Source of the DNA: Octopus sinensis
Taxonomy: Eukaryota
Direction of reading: 5' to 3'
DNA length: 64,000 nucleotides
Assembly: GCF_006345805.1 (NCBI RefSeq)
Contig: NC_043013.1
Span: 34,844,001 to 34,908,000, forward strand
The stretch's first letter is position 1. Every line of letters begins with the position of its first letter. Below, one piece after another: positions 36,925-50,090 of the stretch. Made by a program: the position numbers and the translations under genes. The notes under the pieces are model-generated. The model did not search any database, was not told the DNA's origin, and saw nothing but the letters and a program-made list of their open reading frames with translations.

Positions 36925-39900
36925 TCACTGGTCTTGCCGGGTCTTCTCACGCACAGCATACTTCCATAGGCCTCGGTCTGGTCATTTCCTTGTGAGACCT
37001 AGAGTTCGAAGGTCGTGCTTCACCACCTCGACCCAGGTTTTCCTGGGTCTACCTCTTCCACAGGTCCCCTCAACTGCCAGGGTGTGGCACTTTTTCACAC
37101 ACCTTCTTCATCCATTCTTACCACATGACCATACCAGCACAATCGTCTCTCTTGCACACAACATCTGATTCCTCTTAGGTCCAACTTTTCTCTCAAGGTA
37201 CTTACACTCTGTCGACTATGAACACTGACATTACACATCCAACGGAGCATACTAGCTTCATTTCTCGCGAGCTTACGCATGTCCTCAGCAGTCACAGCCC
37301 ATGTTTCACTGCCATGTAGCATGGCTGTTTGTACACATGCATCATACAGTCTGCTTTTACTCTGAGCGAGAGGCCTTTAGTCACCAACAGAGGTAAGAGC
37401 TCCCTAAACTTTGCCCAGGCTATTCTTACTCTAGCCGTTACACTTTCAGCACACCCACCCCCACTACTGACTTGGTCACCAAGATAACGGAAGCTATCAA
37501 CCACTTCTAGTTTTTCCCCCTGGAAAGTGACGGAAGTTGTTTTCTGCAGATTTTCAGAGGTTAATGCTCCCGAGCATCTGCCACATACAAAAACCATCTT
37601 CCTAGTTAGCCTTCCTATGACATTGCTGCACCTCTTATGTGTCCATAGCTTACACTTGGTGCATCTTATAGAGTTTCTACCTACACCTTTTCTACAGATC
37701 GAGCAGGGCCATCTACCTGAAGGCGTTTGTGATTTGTCTACCTTCCTACTTATTACGACTTTGGTTTTAGCTAGGTTGACTCTGAGGCCCTTCGATTCTA
37801 AACCATGCTCCACACCTGAAACTTCTTCTCCAGTTCTGATAATGACTCAGCAATTAGAGCAAGGTCATCAGCATAGAGGAGCTCCCAGGGGCATCCTGTC
37901 TTGAATTCCTCCGTTATTGCCTGGAGGACTATGATAAATAGGAGGGGGCTGAGGACTGAGCCTTGGTGGACCCCTACCTCTACCCGGAATTCTTCACTGT
38001 ACTCATTTCCAACCCTCACCTTACTAGCAGCGTCCCTGTACATGGCTTGCACAGCTCTCACTAACCATTCTTCTATTCCTAGTTTCCTCATTGACCACCA
38101 TATGAGGGATCGGGGGACCCTGTCGAAGGCTTTCTCCATGTCAACAAAAGCCAGGTACATGGCCTTATCTTTGGCTAGGTATTTCTCCTGCAGCTGCCTT
38201 ACCAGGAATATAGCATCAGTGGTGCTTTTCCCTGGCACGAAACCAAACTGCATCTCATCTAAACTAACTCTCTCTCTAATTAGTTGGCTTATGACCCTCT
38301 CTGTAACCTTCATCACCTGATCCAACAGCTTGATACCTCTGTAATTATTTGTATCTAGGGCATCACCTTTACCTTTGTAGCAGTTGACTATTATGCTGCT
38401 ACACCAGTCATTGGGGTTGACTCCTTCATGTATCACCTGATTAACTATACAGGTGACTAGGCTATAGCCGACACTACCAGATTTTGAGCATCTCTGCAGT
38501 GATACCTGATGGGCCTGGGGCTTTCCCTGTCTTCATGCTTCTAATTGCCTTAGCTACTAAGGAACTATCAACCCTGATAGCTGGTCCCTCTGTTGGGTCA
38601 ACGTTCGGCAGACTCTCTTTATCCCATTCATTTTCTTTATTCAGCAACCTTTCATAGTGGCATCTCCAAGCCTCTCTCTTTGCATCCTCGTTTAGCGCAA
38701 GTGAACCATCTTCCATGCGAACACACTTCTCTCCCACCACATCACAATTCTCTCTCAACACTGTCTTGCAACGCGAAACACCTCCAGTCTTTGGTCCTCA
38801 CGGCCAGAACATTGGCAAATTTTTTCTTATCTGCTTCCCCTCTGGCTAGATAGACCTGTCTCCTAGCTTCCCTTTTAGCAGTCTGATACAATTCCTGCTA
38901 CCACCATTCTTCCAGTGCTTCCAAGTCTGTCTCTTTTCTCTAATAGCCCTGTCTACGACACTGTTCCCCACCACGTTACCTTGGGACGAGAGGGGACTTT
39001 GCACCAGCCACAGATCTGGTCAGGGCTCTCAGCAGGTTGTCCCTTAGAAACGTCCAGTTGTCCTCTACCCCATGTGATACACTATCCCCTTCTACTTCGT
39101 CAAAGGCTTCAAGTAACATGTCTCTAAATCTCTGTCCATTCACAGGATCCTTAAGCTTCCAGATCCTTCTTCTCCATGTTGGTCGTCTTCTGGTTGTCCT
39201 CCTACTCCTGATCCTAAAGTCACTAACTACCAGTCTATGTTGTGGGGTGCATTCTTCGCCAGGGAAGGTTTTGGCATTTATAAGTAGCCATCTCTCCCTT
39301 TGCCTGGCAAGGATGTAGTCAATTGGCTGGTATGTTGGCCCGATCGGTAGGTGACTAGGTGGCTGGTAGGTTTCCTGAAGTTAGTGTTGCAAATCATAAG
39401 ATTATTTGCATCGCAGAACTCCAGCAGCCTGGTTCCCTCCTCGTTGCGGGAACCAGAGCCATAGCCTCCATGTACGCCGTGGAAGCCCCCAGCATGTCGT
39501 CCACGTGACCATTGAAGTCACCAGCCACAAAGAGAAGGTCTCGTCATTCGTCAACGAGGTAGTCTGCAGTAGAGTGTCATAGAATCGGTCTTCTGTCCAT
39601 CAGGTAGCCCCGACTGAGGAGCATAGGCTGATATAATGGTTGCTAAACTATGATGAAGCGCTAATCTAATCTTAAGTATTCTGTCGCATACTCTGATTAC
39701 CTCAATTACTTTATCTACCCATTTCTCAGCGATAAGTATACCACGCCTCCAACCCCGTCAGTGTTCCCTGCCCAGAAAATCTTGTACCTGTGTTCCTTGC
39801 CTGTGAGGAACCTAGCAGAACCTCCTCTCCACCTTACTTCTTGCATACAACATATATCCACACGTCTCCGTTCAAGCATCTCAACTATCTCGCCAGACCT

Positions 39901-39985
39901 ACCTTTCAGTGTGCCAACATTGAGGGTGCCAACCCTGAGGGTGTGGGAGGTATGGGCCCTAGAGACCCTGCGTCGGTGGACAGTA
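36925..39985 (-). pseudogene. RTE ORF (APE-RT with inserted C4HC3 PHD-like finger), frameshifted
   Basis: Collinear ORF pieces 39715-40038, 38474-38761, 37798-38436, 37292-37813, 37095-37322; stop at 36925-36927. Confidence 0.9.
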
Positions 39986-40139
39986 GCTTCATAACTCACA
40001 AATCTATATACATATATCATTATCACAAGCATACCCACAGCTGATGCAGTACATTCCTCTCATAAAATCAAATTTCTCTTCTGTTACACCACCTCCAGAA
40101 CCCCTGCACACACCACCACCACCACCACCTTTGTTACTA

Positions 40140-41270
40140 ATGCTGCCACTGCCTGCGACACAACTATCAACACCAACACCATTAACCCTACATCCACACC
40201 ACCACTACTGTCACCACTACCATCATCATCATCATCATCATCATCATCGTCGGCGTCGTCACCTCCACCACCATCACCATGATGATGATGATGACAACTA
40301 CCACTACCATCACCACCACCATCATCATCAATAAGACCATCACTGCCACTTCTACCACTGTCACCACAATGATGACGACAACTACCACCACCACCACCAC
40401 CATCTCCACAATGCTGACAACTTCAACCATCATCACCACCCACATCATCAAGACCATCACCTCCATATCTACCACTGTCACAATGACGATGACAATGACA
40501 ACCACCACTACCACCTCCACCACCACCTCCACAATGCCAACAACTTCAACCACTACCACCACCACCACTACCATCATCATCAAGACAATCATCTCCACCA
40601 CTGTCACAACGATGGTGACAATAACAACCACCACCACCACCACCACCACCACTACCACCACCATCACTCCCACCACTACCACTACCACCATCACCACCAC
40701 TTCCACCACCACCAACACCACCACCATCACTCCCACCACTACCACTACCACCATCACCACCACTTCCACCACCACCACCACCACCACCACTACCACCACC
40801 ATCACTCCCACCACTACCACTACCACCATCACCACCACTTCCACCACCACCAACACCACTACCATCACCATCACTCCCACCACTACCACTAGCACCATCA
40901 CCACCACTTCCACCACCACCAACACCACTACCACAACCATCACTCCCACCACTACCACTAGCACCATCACCACCACTTCCACCACCACCAACACCACTAC
41001 CACAACCACCACCACCACCACCGCCACTACCACCACCACTACCACCACCACTACCACCACCACTACCACCACCACTACCGCCACCACTACCACCACCGTC
41101 ACCACCAACAACAACACCACTACAATCATCATCAAGACAATCATCTCCACCACCTTCACAATAATGATGATAATAACAACCATCACCACCACCACCACCA
41201 CTACAAACACCACCACCACTACCACCATCAACACCACCACCACTAGCACCACCAACAAAATTACTACCCA
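40140..41270. repeat. (ACC)n-based trinucleotide array with internal higher-order duplications
   Basis: atcatcaagac(a/c)atca(t/c)ct recurs near 40445, 40575 and 41125, with a variant near 40325; about 65-75-nt units in 40660-41000. Confidence 0.9.
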
Positions 41271-41609
41271 ACATCCACCCTACAACAGGCACCGCTATCC
41301 ATGAACAACCGTTAAATCTCTCACAGCTCCCTAATAATAAATATATGCACCTTTAGGCTACACATCTGCAAATAAAGAAAAAAAAAATCTGAATTATTAC
41401 TTTTCATTATCATAATGAAATTGTTTTACACCTCCTGATATTCAGCATTTTATTAACAAACATACTTTTCCACCCCCTTTACTTCACTTTTATATTATTA
41501 TATATATATCTACGTTTGTTATTACGATATTGATCCAGATATTTATATCCGCACATCCACACCATGCTTCTAAGTGGGCACATATATAAATATGCACGAA
41601 AGGATATTC

Positions 41610-41646
<37 letters not shown>

Positions 41647-41657
41647 CATACATTTAC

Positions 41658-41710
<53 letters not shown>

Positions 41711-41748
41711 TATATATTTATGCATACATATGTATGTATATATGGATG

Positions 41749-41780
<32 letters not shown>

Positions 41781-42355
41781 TATATATATATATATATATG
41801 CATATATGTGTGTGTGTACATAAATATTTATGCATATGTATATATGCATATATATACAAATGTGTGTGGCAATGGGTGCTTTATATATGTTTTTAATGTA
41901 TGCATATGAATTTATGTGTTTATATATATAAATATATATATATATGTATATACAGAGAGAGAGAGAAAGAGAAAGGTAGATAGATAGATAGATATTTAGA
42001 TAAAAGGGGAAAAGGAAAGACCTATGTTCAAATGGGTGCTGAATGCATGCGTTGAGTACAGTGGATAGCTGTTCCAGTGAGAACATGTATCTTTGGTACA
42101 TTGACAACGCTTGGTAACTCTAGATTATGTCCAGCTGAAGCAATATGTCTTGTAACTCAACAATCTAAAGCATTAAGGCCAGAGCAATGTCGTACCTTAA
42201 CTTGAATGCAAATGGGATTTCAATTCCCAATTGCACTACAGGATCATGCCTGAAGATGTCTTTTGTGTATCCATTCAAAGTGGGAAATTTCAATGCTAAA
42301 AAGACGATGATGATGATGACGATGATGACGATTATGATGAAACAGTGCCTAAAAA

Positions 42356-42835
42356 AAGGTAGCGAGCTGGCAGAAACTTTAGCATATCGGGCGAAATGCT
42401 TTGTGGTATTTCGTCCGCCGCTGTGTTCTGGGTTAAAATTGCGCTGAGGTCGACTTTGCCTTTCATCCTTTCACGGTCGATAAATTAAGTACCTTTTCTT
42501 TATTACCCACAAGGGGCTAAACACAGAGGGGACAAACAAAGACAGACATAGGTATTAAGTCGATTACATCGACCCCAGTGAGTAACTGGCACTTAATTTA
42601 TCGACCCCGAAAGGATGAAAGGCAAAGTCGACCTTGGCGGAATTTGAACTCAGAACGTAACGGCAGACGAAATACTGCTAAGCATTTCATCCCGTGTGCT
42701 AATGATTCTGCCAGCTCGCCGCCTTTAAATTAAGTACCAGTTATGCACTGGGGTCGATGTAATCGACTTAATCCGTTTGTCTGTCCTTGTTTGTCCCCCC
42801 TATGTTTAACCCCTTGTGGGCAATAAAGAAATAGG
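42356..42835 (+). mobile_element. SINE family B interrupted by an inverted copy of the same family
   Basis: Outer copy on the plus strand, split at a duplicated taaattaagtacc (42481-42493, 42726-42738). Confidence 0.92.
42494..42725 (-). mobile_element. SINE family B, complete monomer with 13-bp TSD
   Basis: Head aaggcggcgagctggcagaa to tail aataaagaaaa, bounded by the TSD above. Confidence 0.95.
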
Positions 42836-43133
42836 AAACAGTGGCAAAGATAGAAGTCAGAGGTATGTTGGGATGGGTGTTGTGAGTGGTAAATGGGCTG
42901 GGGTGAGCTTTGAATGCAGGCTTGATAGGATGTTGAGAATATCAACAGATATGACAAAGTGTTAAAGACAGAGCATGGCATTCAAGATATAGCTCAGAGT
43001 TAAAGGAGAAATAATTGAAGGTACAGGATTGGGGTGATCAATGGGAAATAAGTGGAAAAAAAATGATTTTGAGAATAAATGGGACTGCTTCCAGGTAGTG
43101 GGGAAACTGGTAGCACAAAAGGGGATGAAATTT

Positions 43134-43503
43134 GACTGTGGCCATGCTTGAGCACTGCTTTTAGTTGAACAAATTGACCCCAGAACTTACTCTTTGTAAG
43201 CCTAGTATTTATTCTATCGGTTTCTTTTGACTAACCACTAAGTTACGGGGACATAAACACATCAGCATCGGCTGTCAAGCAATGGTGGAGGGGACAAACA
43301 TGGTCACACAAACACACACACACACACACACACATATATACAATGGGCTTCTTTCAGTTTCCATCTACCAAATCCACTCACAAGGCATTGGTCGGCCCGA
43401 AGCTATAGCAGAAGACACTCCCCCAAGATGCCATGCAGTAGGACTAAACCCAGAACCATGTAGTTGGCTAGCAAGCTACTTACCACACAGCCATTCATGT
43501 GCA
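43134..43503 (-). mobile_element. SINE family A
   Basis: Head and body present. Confidence 0.9.
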
Positions 43504-43516
43504 CCAATATTATATC

Positions 43517-43561
<45 letters not shown>

Positions 43562-43736
43562 CTTAAATTTATATATATATATATATACATACATAAAATA
43601 TATATGTATATACATAAAAATATAAATATATATATATATATAGAAACACATACATGCACACACATACATACATGCATACATACATACATGCATACATACA
43701 TACATACATACATGCATACATACATACATACATGCA

Positions 43737-43769
<33 letters not shown>

Positions 43770-43864
43770 TTAAAATTATAATTAATCTTGTCAAGAAATT
43801 TCAATAGTGATTTGCAATTCATTCTTGATTTATGAGTGGGTTTGAATAAAACATGTTGTGTCAA

Positions 43865-44830
43865 CAGATCCTTGTGGTAGTGGCTGTGGTTTTGGTGGTA
43901 GTGGTGGTATTGTTGGTGGTAGTGGGAGTAGAGGCTTCTAATTGTAGTAGCAGTAGGGATAGTAGATGTTGTTGTTGTGGTGGTGGTGGTGGTGGTGGTG
44001 ATGGTGGCAGTATCAGTGGTAATAGTAGGTGTGATGGTGGTGGTGGTGGTGGTGGTTGTGGTGGTAGTGGGAGTAGAGGCTTCTAATTGTAGTAGCAGTA
44101 GGGATAGTAGATGTTGTTGTTGTGGTGGTGGTGGTGGTGGTGATGGTGGCAGTATCAGTGGTAATAGTAGGTGTGATGGTGGTGGTGGTGGTATTGTTGG
44201 TGGTAGTGGGAGTAGAGGCTTCTAATTGTAGTAGAAGTAGGGATAGTAGATGTTGTTGTTGTGGTGGTGGTGGTGGTGGTGGTGGTGGTGATGGTGGCAG
44301 TATCAGTGGTAATAGTAGGTGTGATGGTGGTGGTGGTGGTGGTATTGTTGGTGTAGTGGGGTAAGGTAGTAGAGGCTTATAAGTGTAGTAGAAGTAGGGA
44401 TAGTAGATGTTGTTGTTGTGGTGGTGGTGGTGGTGGTGGTGGTGATGGTGGCAGTATCAGTGGTAATAGTAGGTGTGATGGTGGTGGGTGGTGGTGGTGG
44501 TTGTGGTGGGTGGTAGTGGGAGTAGAGGCTTCTAATTGCAGTAGCAGTAGGGATAGTAGATGTTGTTGTTGTTGTGGTGGTGGTGGTGGTTGATGGTGGC
44601 AGTAGTATCAGTGGTAATAGTAGGTGTGATGGTGGTGGTGGTGGTGGTTGTGGTGTGGTAGTGGGGTAGTAGAGGCTTCTATTGTAGTAGCAGTAGGGAT
44701 AGTAGATGTTGTTGTTGTGGTGGTGGTGGTGGTGGTGATGGTGGCAGTATCAGTGGTAATAGTAGGTGTGATGGTGGTGGTGGTGGTTGTGGTGGTAGTG
44801 GGAGTAGAAGTTTGTAATTGTAGTAGCAGT
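43865..44830 (+). repeat. Seven-copy 135-156-bp minisatellite built on (GGT)n/(AGT)n
   Basis: Anchor gtagaggctt at about 43930, 44073, 44212, 44368, 44522, 44668, 44803. Confidence 0.9.
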
Positions 44831-45299
44831 AGCAGCAGTAGATGTTGCTGTTGTTGTTGTTGCAGTGCAGTGCTGGTGGTAAAGGTGTGATGGTTGTGGT
44901 GGTATTGCTGACGTTATTGGTGTGGTGGTTGAGTTGTTGCTGGTATTTTGTTATTATTAATGGTGATTGTGAAAGCAGTAGTAGTGGTGGTGGTGGTGGT
45001 GGTTGGTTTTGGTGGTGGTGATGGTGGTAGTGTCGGCACTGGCAGTGGTGGTGGTAGTGGTGGTGGTAGTAGTAGTGGTGTTGGTGGTGTTGGTGGCGGC
45101 GGCAGTGGTGATGGTGGCAGTGGCGGCAACAGCAGCAGCAGCAACATCAGCAGCAGCAGCAGCAGCAGTAGCAGTAGTAGTAGTAGTAGTTGTAGTTGGA
45201 TTATGGTTGTAATGATGGCAGTGATTTCCCTTCTGGTTTGCCCCTAGGTCTCCTGCAATTTGGCTTGGCTTGAAGAATCTGTCTTGCGATCCTTTCCTA

Positions 45300-45700
45300 A
45301 AGGCATTCTAACGACATGTCCATCATAACCAGAGCAAGTGGCATCCCAATGCAGCAAACTTATCATCATCAATACCATCTTTCAGCAGAAAGACAATCTG
45401 CAGACAACATGGATGCATCCTTGGTCCAAATATTGGAACCTCACGGATTACATTTTTGTGATGTATGATGGGAAATCACACATGGCCCTTCATTTTATCT
45501 GCTGTGAACTCAGTCTCCATTTCAAACCAAAGCCAAAGAGAAGAAGTGCTACATGGAAAATGTTTCAAGATGGCAACCTCCTTTCAGCTAAATTGAAGCA
45601 TAATTTCTGGGTAATTCTTCAATCAGGGTTTGAGAATCGCTACTTTTGCACAGATTCATCTCAAGTAGTGATTTGGAAACGCCTTAAATACCCAAAAACT
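45300..45700 (+). pseudogene. RTE (BovB-like) endonuclease remnant
   Basis: Translation LIIINTIFQQKDNLQTTWMHPWSKYWNLTDYIFV matches the RTE APE C-terminal motif TWxHPxSKxWxxIDY. Confidence 0.75.
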
Positions 45701-46818
45701 AAAACTTAAAAACCTAAAAACTGTTATAGTCCTTTGAAGAAGTTTCTGAATTTTCTGCAAAAAGAATGGGTATTAGTTTGATGCTAACAGAAAATTCAGG
45801 TCTTGTGAGTTGGGAAGAAATCCACCTGCCAAATGCACTTTGGAAAGAAAGCACACTTTGGCCTTGTGTAAACCTTCAAACTAAAACTATGTGTCTTTCC
45901 CCTCCATTGGTCAGTTGAAGCATAGATAGTGTCATGTGACAGTTAGCTGGTGGTGGCTGCTGGAGCCTACCAGTGAGTATTTAAAGGGAAACTTAGCAGG
46001 ACAGTAGTTTGCCTGTTGACATTCATTGACACTGCATCGAAGAAACCAGAGAACAAAAGGTCAAAGGAGAAAGAAAAAATGCACTTAACACCAGAGCTGA
46101 AAACACCTCTGAAAGGCAGGACCCCACCTTGTGGAAAACGGTAGAGGAGTAGGGGCCAAAACTGGACGGGGTTCCTCCTGATGATGTCTTTAGCCACAGG
46201 ATCCTATAAAGGAGATGTTGAGGTAGCAAACCACGAAATGTGATGGGAATTCCTCCATGGGGTGAACCAAACATCTAAAGGGACCTCAGTTTTGTTCAGA
46301 CATCGGTGATCAAAGCATACACTTGATTTGTACAAAATGTTAAGTTTCGTTCTGAGCCTGTATTTCTTTGCCAAGAGAACAATTTTGTTCTTGGCTGCAA
46401 AGTTCATACCTGCTATGGTGAGCCAGTTCGGTATTTAACTCTGGCTTCCATAGCTGCTTGAAATATAGATATAAGTGACTTTCTGAATAAATTCTTCATC
46501 TTTTACCAGTAACTACCATTGAAGTCTCTTCCTAGTGCCTTCCCATTATGCAGACTTCTGACCACTTTGGTGAATAAACAGGTTTTGCTTTGGATGTTAG
46601 CATTCATGTTTCATTGTTTGAAGCTATGTATGCATTTGTATATGTGTGTATATGTATATGCATGTGTGTGCAAAGATAGATGTAGACATACATATATAAA
46701 TATACATACGTGCACATGTATATATCGTAACCATCATCACCGTCATTGTCATCATCATTGCTGCTGTAATCATCATCGTTTTGAATGCTTACTGTTGTAT
46801 ACCTGTATGGGATAGATA

Positions 46819-47375
46819 TTGGGTTGTCCGGAAAGTTTATGCCGATTTATAGTAGCTTACATTTTGATTTATTTTAGAACATGGTTGAATCCATAAAATA
46901 AGATTTGACTACACCTCCATTTAGAGCACAGTTTAAGCTATCTCTTCATAGAAGAAGGTTTATGTTCCTATAACTTGTTTAATTCTGTAAAATGGAAGAT
47001 AAGAAAGTTCATTTTCGGCACTTGATACTTTGGGAACCAGACAAAAATTGCTGCTGCTTGACTGAGATGTGTTACCCCACCCTCCATATTCACCAGATAT
47101 TGCTCCTTCGGATTTCCACTTATTCAAGTCTCTGCAGAATAGTTTTAATGGTAAAAATTTCAATTCCTTGGATGATGTAAAAAGATACCTTGATGAATTC
47201 TTTGCCATGAAACCACCTCACTTCTGGGAAGAGGGTATTTTCAAGTCAAAGGAAAAATGGAGACACATTGGGCAACAAAATGGTTCATATTTGGTTGATT
47301 AAAAATGTAATGGCAAGTATTTATTGACCTTTTACTTTCCTTTAAAAATCGGCACGAACTTTCCGGACAACCCAA
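46819..47375 (+). mobile_element. Internally deleted mariner, 557 bp
   Basis: TIR ttgggttgtccggaaagtt..tgccgattt at both ends, TA TSD (46817-18, 47376-77), N-terminal MEDKKVHFRH fused to the C-terminal PYSPDIAPSDFHLF. Confidence 0.95.
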
Positions 47376-47576
47376 TAAAATTTATAGGAGCAGATTTTTC
47401 CCAGGTGCTGGTAACACATCAAAAGCACTGGTGCTGGTGCTACATAAAGGGCGATGGTTTCCTTCAGTAGAAAGCACTTGTCCAAGGTACTACACTGTGG
47501 GACAGAACCCAAAACCATATTGTTGAGAAGCAAACCTCTTAACCACACAGCCACATGTGTGTTTGTGTGTGTATTA

Positions 47577-47637
<61 letters not shown>

Positions 47638-47989
47638 GTATTTCTCTCCTTCTTATGTGTATGTTTGTGGTGGGTTATGGCTTTGTTTGTGTGTATGCGC
47701 ATGTACCACAGTAAGTGAGTATGTGCGTAGAAAGTTGCGTATATTTGGGCTGGAGTAAAATTCCAAGCTAATTAAGTGTACTGCAAACAGACATGATCAG
47801 TATATCCTTATCTGTTGCAGACGTATCATTATGTCTCTCAGCAGAATATTTAATCTATAAATATCTGAGATTACCTACCTGTGAATGATAGCTTACAGAT
47901 CTTCTGTGAATGTTACCTGAAATTTGATTGCTATTTGAGTTCCACCCAGGGGAACATCAATCTCTCATCCTATCTAAATTACTGTATGC

Positions 47990-48370
47990 AAATATACACA
48001 TACATACACACATATCCACATACACACATGCATACATACATACATACATACATACATACACACATACATACATATATAAATAAATATATATATATATATA
48101 TATATATATCTACACACATATATATGTACATACATATATATATATATAGAAATATATATACACACATATATATATATACATACATATATATACATATATA
48201 AATATATATACACACACATATATACACAGACATATGTATTTGTGTGTGTGTGTGTGTGTGTGTGTAGACATGAATATATATACATCTATATATTAAATAA
48301 GCTGGTTCTGTACCATAGATGCATGCATACATACATGTGTATGTGTGTGCAGCTAGATATATGTATATAC

Positions 48371-48443
<73 letters not shown>

Positions 48444-48545
48444 TGTATGTATGTATGTATGTATACACACACACATACACATATGTATATATACAGATAT
48501 ACACACACATATATATATATACATACAGATGTATTATGTATGTAT
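47990..48545. repeat. (TA)n/(TACA)n/(TG)n microsatellite block
   Basis: Direct inspection. Confidence 0.95.
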
Positions 48546-48819
48546 GGTGTGGAAGCAGATTAAGAAATAGTGAAAAGAAGTATAAATAAAAATGATGTTA
48601 GAAAAATTACTCACAATGCCACGAGTATGGAAAACAAAGGTGGATATAGGTTTATTGAATATTTATATTATTTATTTATTAAAATAATCTTCCATTTCAG
48701 AGAAAAGTGAACAAATACCTAGTGGTGATTGCAAACAACTCAGGATTAGAACAGGAAATAATTTTAAGTATCAAGAATTATCAGGGAAAACATACTCTGT
48801 TTATCTAAAGAAAAAACAA

Positions 48820-48862
48820 CTGTGGATACATATTTCCGCCTCAATAGATATCATCAGCACAG
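48820..48862 (-). ncRNA. Putative minimal type I hammerhead ribozyme, canonical core
   Basis: ctgtg CTGATGA tatct attg aggcg GAAA tatgta TC cacag: perfect 5-bp stem I, weakened stem II, AUC site. Confidence 0.6.
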
Positions 48863-49061
48863 CAACATTTCTACATTTTTGTTTTGAGTCCAGAAATGAT
48901 GAGAGTTAGAAATATAGAAAATAAGTAGCAAATTTTCATTGCATAGACTAATTTGTATTATTTAAGAGGAAAATTGTAAAAAAATATAGGTAACAAAGTG
49001 AAAAAAGGTATACTATATATCTCAGAAAATATATTCCTTATTCATTGAAATTATCTTCATA

Positions 49062-49495
49062 GGTGCAGGAGTGACTGTGTGGTAAGTAGCTTGCTAACCA
49101 ACCACATGGTTGTGGGTTCAGTCCCACTGCGTGGCATCTTGGGCAAGTGTTTTCTGCTATAGCCCCGGGCCGACCAATACCTTGTGAGTGGATTTGGTAG
49201 ACGGAAACTGAAAGAAGCCTGTCGTATATATGTATATATATATATATATATCTATATATATATTATATATATATGTGTGTGTGTGTGATTGTGAGTCTGT
49301 GTTTGTCCCCAAGCATTGCTTGACAACCGATGCTGGTGTGTTTACGAACCTGTCACTTAGCGGTTCGGCAAAAGAGACCGATAGAATAAGTACTGGGCTT
49401 ACAAAGAATAAGTCCCGGGGTTGATTTGCTCGACTAAAGGCGGTGCTCCAGCATGGCTGCAGTCAAATGACTGAAACAAGTAAAAGAGTAAAAGA
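49062..49495 (+). mobile_element. SINE family A, young
   Basis: Near-consensus full copy. Confidence 0.95.
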
Positions 49496-49724
49496 GTTCA
49501 AAAAGAAGGTAAATAAATGCCTAGTGGCAATTGCACAAGCGCTGAATACAAAGGAAGATAATCACAAAAATTTCACTGTAATTGTCATGTCATTAGGAAA
49601 AAGACAGTGTTATTGTCTTGAGACATGAAAGCACCTGCAAACAAATGTTTCTACCTCAATAAGCATCATTAGCATGGCAGACATCCTATGTTGACACCAG
49701 CAAATGTGAGGCTTAGATATATCT

Positions 49725-50090
49725 TTTATCTTTTCCTTGTTTCAGTCATATGACTGCCGCCATGCTGGAGCACCACTTTAAAGGGTTTTTAGTCATAGAA
49801 ATTGACCCCAGGATTACATACGTTTAAGACTGGCAATTATTATGTCAGTTTCTTTTACCAAACCACTAAGTTACAGGGACATAAATACACCAGCATTAGT
49901 TGTCAATTGGTAGAGGGGGACAAACACTGATGCATGCACACACACCCACACAGCACATATATATATGATGGGCTTCTTTCAGTATCTGTCTACCAAACCC
50001 ACCCACAAAGCTTTCGTTGGCCTGAGTAGAAGACATTTGCCTAAGGTGCCATGCAGTGGGAATGAACCTTGAACCATGGGATGTGATTGG
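49725..50090 (-). mobile_element. SINE family A, diverged
   Basis: Body and partial head. Confidence 0.85.

Larger units (their letters stand above)
35915..39985 (-). mobile_element. Near full-length RTE-clade LINE with long 3' UTR and (GAT)n tail
   Basis: APE endonuclease (LRVGTLNVGTLKGRSGEIVEMLERRRVDICCMQEVRW), RT (QFGF, GVHQGSVLSP, LLYADD), contiguous same-strand 3' UTR ending aaacgatgatgatg. No TSD found. Confidence 0.9.

Noticed and set aside
45960-46450. GC-richer block with short ORFs
   Set aside because: Probably a retroelement fossil near the RTE remnant, but no diagnostic motif is recognisable.
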